In this document: positions 29,228 to 32,000 of the stretch, piece after piece | How positions within the stretch are numbered: position 1 is the stretch's first letter | How the letters are laid out: the number at the start of each line of letters is the position of its first letter | Origin: Enterobacterales bacterium endosymbiont of Anomoneura mori | GTDB lineage: Bacteria > Pseudomonadota > Gammaproteobacteria > Enterobacterales > Enterobacteriaceae_A | Assembly: GCF_047159375.1 (NCBI RefSeq) | Contig: NZ_AP031381.1 | Location: 197,823 to 229,822 of the forward strand | DNA: 32,000 bases | Direction of reading: 5' to 3' | The notes under the pieces: model-generated | What the model saw: the letters and a program-made list of their open reading frames with translations, nothing else | Databases searched by the model: none | What the model was told of the DNA's origin: nothing | Made by a program: the position numbers and the translations under genes

Positions 29228-29833
29228 ATGGTTTTAGTTACTCGTAAAGCTCCTAATTTTTTAGCTTCTGCAGTTTTAGAAAATGGAAAAATCATAAATA
29301 ATTTTAATTTTTATGATTATATTAATAATAAATATATTGTTTTATTTTTTTGGCCTATGGATTTTACTTTTGTATGTCCTTCAGAAATAATAGCTTTTAA
29401 TAATCGTATTAATGAATTTAAAAAAAGAAATGTTGAATTAATAGGTATATCATTTGATTCAGAATTTGTTCATGATGCTTGGAGAAAAACACCAATAAAT
29501 AAGGGTGGAATAGGAAAAATAGAATTTATTATGATTGCTGATATTAAAAGAGAAATACAAAAATCTTATGGTATTGAACATCCAGAATTAGGTGTTGCAT
29601 TAAGAGCGAATTTTATAATTGATAAAAATAAAATTATACGTTCACAAATTGTAAATGATCTACCAATTGGTAGAAATATAGATGAAGTAATAAGAACTAT
29701 TGATGCATTACAATTTTATGAAAAATATGGTGAAGTATGTCCAGCTCAATGGATTAAAGGGAAATCTAGTATTAAACCTTCTACTGAAGGAATTAAAAAA
29801 TATTTAAATAAACATTTAAAAGAATTAAATTAA
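29228..29833 (+). CDS. ahpC: Typical 2-Cys peroxiredoxin (AhpC/TsaA family)
   Basis: The 201-aa ORF has the peroxidatic Cys motif FFWPMDFTFVCPSEI, DSEFVHDAW, and the resolving Cys in GEVCPAQW. AGGA plus six A precedes the ATG. Confidence 0.9.
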   Translation: MVLVTRKAPNFLASAVLENGKIINNFNFYDYINNKYIVLFFWPMDFTFVCPSEIIAFNNRINEFKKRNVELIGISFDSEFVHDAWRKTPINKGGIGKIEFIMIADIKREIQKSYGIEHPELGVALRANFIIDKNKIIRSQIVNDLPIGRNIDEVIRTIDALQFYEKYGEVCPAQWIKGKSSIKPSTEGIKKYLNKHLKELN

Positions 29834-29936
29834 AAAAAATATATATTAATAAAAAAATATTAAATTTTATTAAATTTAATATTTATATAAAATTTTAATA
29901 TAATTTAAATTTATAATTTTAATTATAAAAGTTTAA

Positions 29937-30009
29937 GCGGGAATAATTCAGTTGGTAGAATGTAACCTTGCCAAGGTTAATGTCACGGGTTCAAATCCCG
30001 TTTCCCGCT
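29937..30009 (+). tRNA. glyV: tRNA-Gly (anticodon GCC)
   Basis: GCGGGAATAATTCAGTTGGTAGAATGTAACCTTGCCAAGGTTAATGTCACGGGTTCAAATCCCGTTTCCCGCT is close to E. coli tRNA-Gly(GCC). No CCA is encoded. Confidence 0.92.
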
Positions 30010-30032
30010 TAATTAAAAAATTATATTAATAT

Positions 30033-30509
30033 TTAAATATTATTTTTTATATTATTTATAATATTTATCATTTCTAATGCATTTAAAGCAGCTTCCGAAC
30101 CTTTATTACCTAATTTTATACCAGATCTATTAATAGCTTGTTCAATATTATCAGTAGTCAAAATACCAAAAATAATTGGAATTTCTGTTTTTAATATAAC
30201 ATTACTAATACTTGAAATAGTAGAATTTGAAATATATTTAAAATGTGGAGTTTCACCTTTAATAATTGTTCCTAATGCTATAATTGCATTATATTTTTTA
30301 GAATTTGCTAATATTTGTGTAATTAAAGGTATTTCAAATGCACCTGGTACCCAAATAATAGTAATATTATTATCTAAAATTTTACCGATACGTTTTAAAA
30401 TATCAATAGAACCATTTAATAATGATTTATTAATAAATTCATTAAAACGTGATACTATTATTGCTATTTTACTATTAGGAGAATCAAATGAAACTTTTAT
30501 TTTTTTCAT
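30033..30509 (-). CDS. ribH: 6,7-dimethyl-8-ribityllumazine synthase
   Basis: The 158-aa ORF is colinear with E. coli RibH. Matching blocks are IAIIVSRFNEFINKSLLNG, WVPGAFEIPL, ALGTIIKGETPHF.YI and FGILTTDNIEQAINRSG.K.GNKGSEAALNALEMIN. Confidence 0.94.
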   Translation of the reverse strand: MKKIKVSFDSPNSKIAIIVSRFNEFINKSLLNGSIDILKRIGKILDNNITIIWVPGAFEIPLITQILANSKKYNAIIALGTIIKGETPHFKYISNSTISSISNVILKTEIPIIFGILTTDNIEQAINRSGIKLGNKGSEAALNALEMINIINNIKNNI

Positions 30510-30530
30510 ATATTCCTAAATTTTTAAAAA

Positions 30531-31649
30531 TTAAATATTTTTTTTATATTTTAATATTATTTTTAAATCTTTTCCTATTTTTTTAATATTTTTAAAAAAA
30601 AATTCATTTTTATTTACTATTTTTTTTAAATTAGGTATATTAAACATTCCTAAACTTTTATTTCCTAAAATTTTTGATGATATATATAAAATTAATTCAT
30701 CAATTAATTTTAATTTAAATAAAGATCCAGCTAATTTAGAACCTGATTCTATTAAAATATTATTTAATTTAATTTTTCCTAAATATAACATTAAATTTTT
30801 AAGATTTATTTTTTTAAAAATTATTTGATGTATATTATTTGGCCAAATTTTATTATCTTTTTTTAAACGTATTAAAAATATTTCTCTATTTTTTACAATT
30901 ATTTTATGTTTAGGTTTTATTCTGTTTTTACTATCAATAATTATTAATATTGGTTGTTTAAAATTTTTAAATGGATATAATTTTTTATACATTTTGTCTA
31001 TATGTTTAAAACGTACATTTAAAGATGGATTATCAAATAATATAGTATTACTTGTACTAATTATAGCAGATGATATCATTCTTAATTTTTGAACATCTTC
31101 TCTTGATTTTATTGAAGTTATCCATTTACTTTTACCAGATAATAAAGCTGTTCTACCATCTAATGAAATACCAAATTTTAATTTTATATATGGTATGTTT
31201 TTTAACATACGTTTTGAAAAACCTATATTATTTTCAGTTTTAAATTTTATTGGAATATAAGATACTTTAATACCAGCATTTTTTAAAATTTTAAAACTTT
31301 TTCCTGATATTTTAGGATTTGGATCTTTCATAGATATAACAACACGTTTTATACCTGAATAAATTATAGATTTAACACATGGTGGAGTATTTCCAAAATA
31401 AGTACAAGGTTCAAGAGTTATATAAATTGTTGAATTTTTTATATTATTTTTTGCTTCTCTTAAAGCATTAATTTCAGCATGTGGACCTCCAAAAATAATA
31501 TGTGTTCCTTCTCCTATTATTTTATTATTTTTAACAATTACACAACCAACACATGGATTAGGCATAGATGTAAATTTTCCTAAATACGCTAATTGTAAAG
31601 CACGTTTTAAATATAATATATCTATTTTAAATTGATTTATATTTAATAT
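30531..31649 (-). CDS. ribD: Bifunctional riboflavin biosynthesis protein RibD (pyrimidine deaminase / uracil reductase); 5' end uncertain, with no canonical start ahead of the conserved N-terminal helix
   Basis: The ORF-track piece starts at (M)PNPCVGCVIVKN...GPHAEINAL...TLEPC...PPC and continues through the reductase domain (KFGISLDGRTA...WITS). The frame stays open upstream to 31664. It encodes ...LNINQFKIDILYLKRALQLAYLGKFTSM, which matches E. coli MQDEYYMARALKLAQRGRFTTHPNPNVGCVIV. I set the start at the in-frame ATA 31647-31649, 7 nt after an aaaagg SD. The only ATG alternative is 31565. Confidence 0.85.
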   Translation of the reverse strand: MLNINQFKIDILYLKRALQLAYLGKFTSMPNPCVGCVIVKNNKIIGEGTHIIFGGPHAEINALREAKNNIKNSTIYITLEPCTYFGNTPPCVKSIIYSGIKRVVISMKDPNPKISGKSFKILKNAGIKVSYIPIKFKTENNIGFSKRMLKNIPYIKLKFGISLDGRTALLSGKSKWITSIKSREDVQKLRMISSAIISTSNTILFDNPSLNVRFKHIDKMYKKLYPFKNFKQPILIIIDSKNRIKPKHKIIVKNREIFLIRLKKDNKIWPNNIHQIIFKKINLKNLMLYLGKIKLNNILIESGSKLAGSLFKLKLIDELILYISSKILGNKSLGMFNIPNLKKIVNKNEFFFKNIKKIGKDLKIILKYKKNI

Positions 31650-31745
31650 ATTTAAACCTTTTAATTATTAAAAATATTTTTTATTAAATATTTTTAAAAT
31701 TATTAATTTTATTTAAAAATTATTAATTATTAAATTTTTAATATA

Positions 31746-31819
31746 CGGAACGGACGGGAATTGAACCCGTGACCCCCTGCGTGACAGGCAGGTATTCTAA
31801 CCAACTGAACTACCGCTCC
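31746..31819 (-). tRNA. aspT: tRNA-Asp (anticodon GTC)
   Basis: The reverse complement GGAGCGGTAGTTCAGTTGGTTAGAATACCTGCCTGTCACGCAGGGGGTCACGGGTTCAATTCCCGTCCGTTCCG is nearly identical to E. coli tRNA-Asp. No CCA is encoded. Confidence 0.95.
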
Positions 31820-32000
31820 TTTGAAATAATTATATTATATTTTATATTTTTTTTTAAAAAAATCAATATTAATATATTATTTAATATTGTTAATCTTATA
31901 AAACTTTTAATTTAAAAATTAATTTATAATATAAATTATTTTAAAATTATAAAATTATAAATTTAAAAATATTCAATATTTAAAATTAAAAGGATTTTAA

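Overview
This is extremely AT-rich DNA: by eye well under 25% G+C, with spacers that are almost pure A/T and proteins rich in K, N and I. Gene content and protein similarity point to an Enterobacterales-derived gammaproteobacterium with a strongly reduced genome, most likely an obligate insect endosymbiont like Buchnera, Wigglesworthia or Blochmannia. The exact taxon cannot be called without a database search. The window holds about 33 core housekeeping genes, 7 tRNAs and RNase P RNA. In order: mdfA (5' part), rnpB, gyrB, tRNA-fMet, lysS-prfB, pfkA, gltX, dnaQ, glnS, rlmE-ftsH, speE-speD, rsmA, asnS, def, ribB, mnmE-yidC-rnpA-rpmH, ndh, erpA, tRNA-Ser/Arg, tRNA-Val, cspC, rpmG-rpmB, trhO, rluC, rpmF, ahpC, tRNA-Gly, ribH-ribD, tRNA-Asp. 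I see no mobile elements, CRISPR, prophage, defence, toxin or secretion loci, and no unexplained multi-gene cassette. I therefore do not claim a novel system. The signals worth a second look concern gene expression in a decaying genome. (1) rlmE is split by a frameshift inside an A11 tract. (2) ribB and (3) ribD encode conserved N-terminal segments upstream of their first in-frame ATG/GTG/TTG. (4) prfB lacks the programmed frameshift, its SPF tripeptide reads NPF, and no TGA stop occurs in the window. (5) No tRNA gene encodes CCA, and the initiator tRNA has an A1xG72 mismatch. (6) dnaA is absent from its usual position beside rpmH. (7) Essential genes carry very long in-frame poly(A) tracts.
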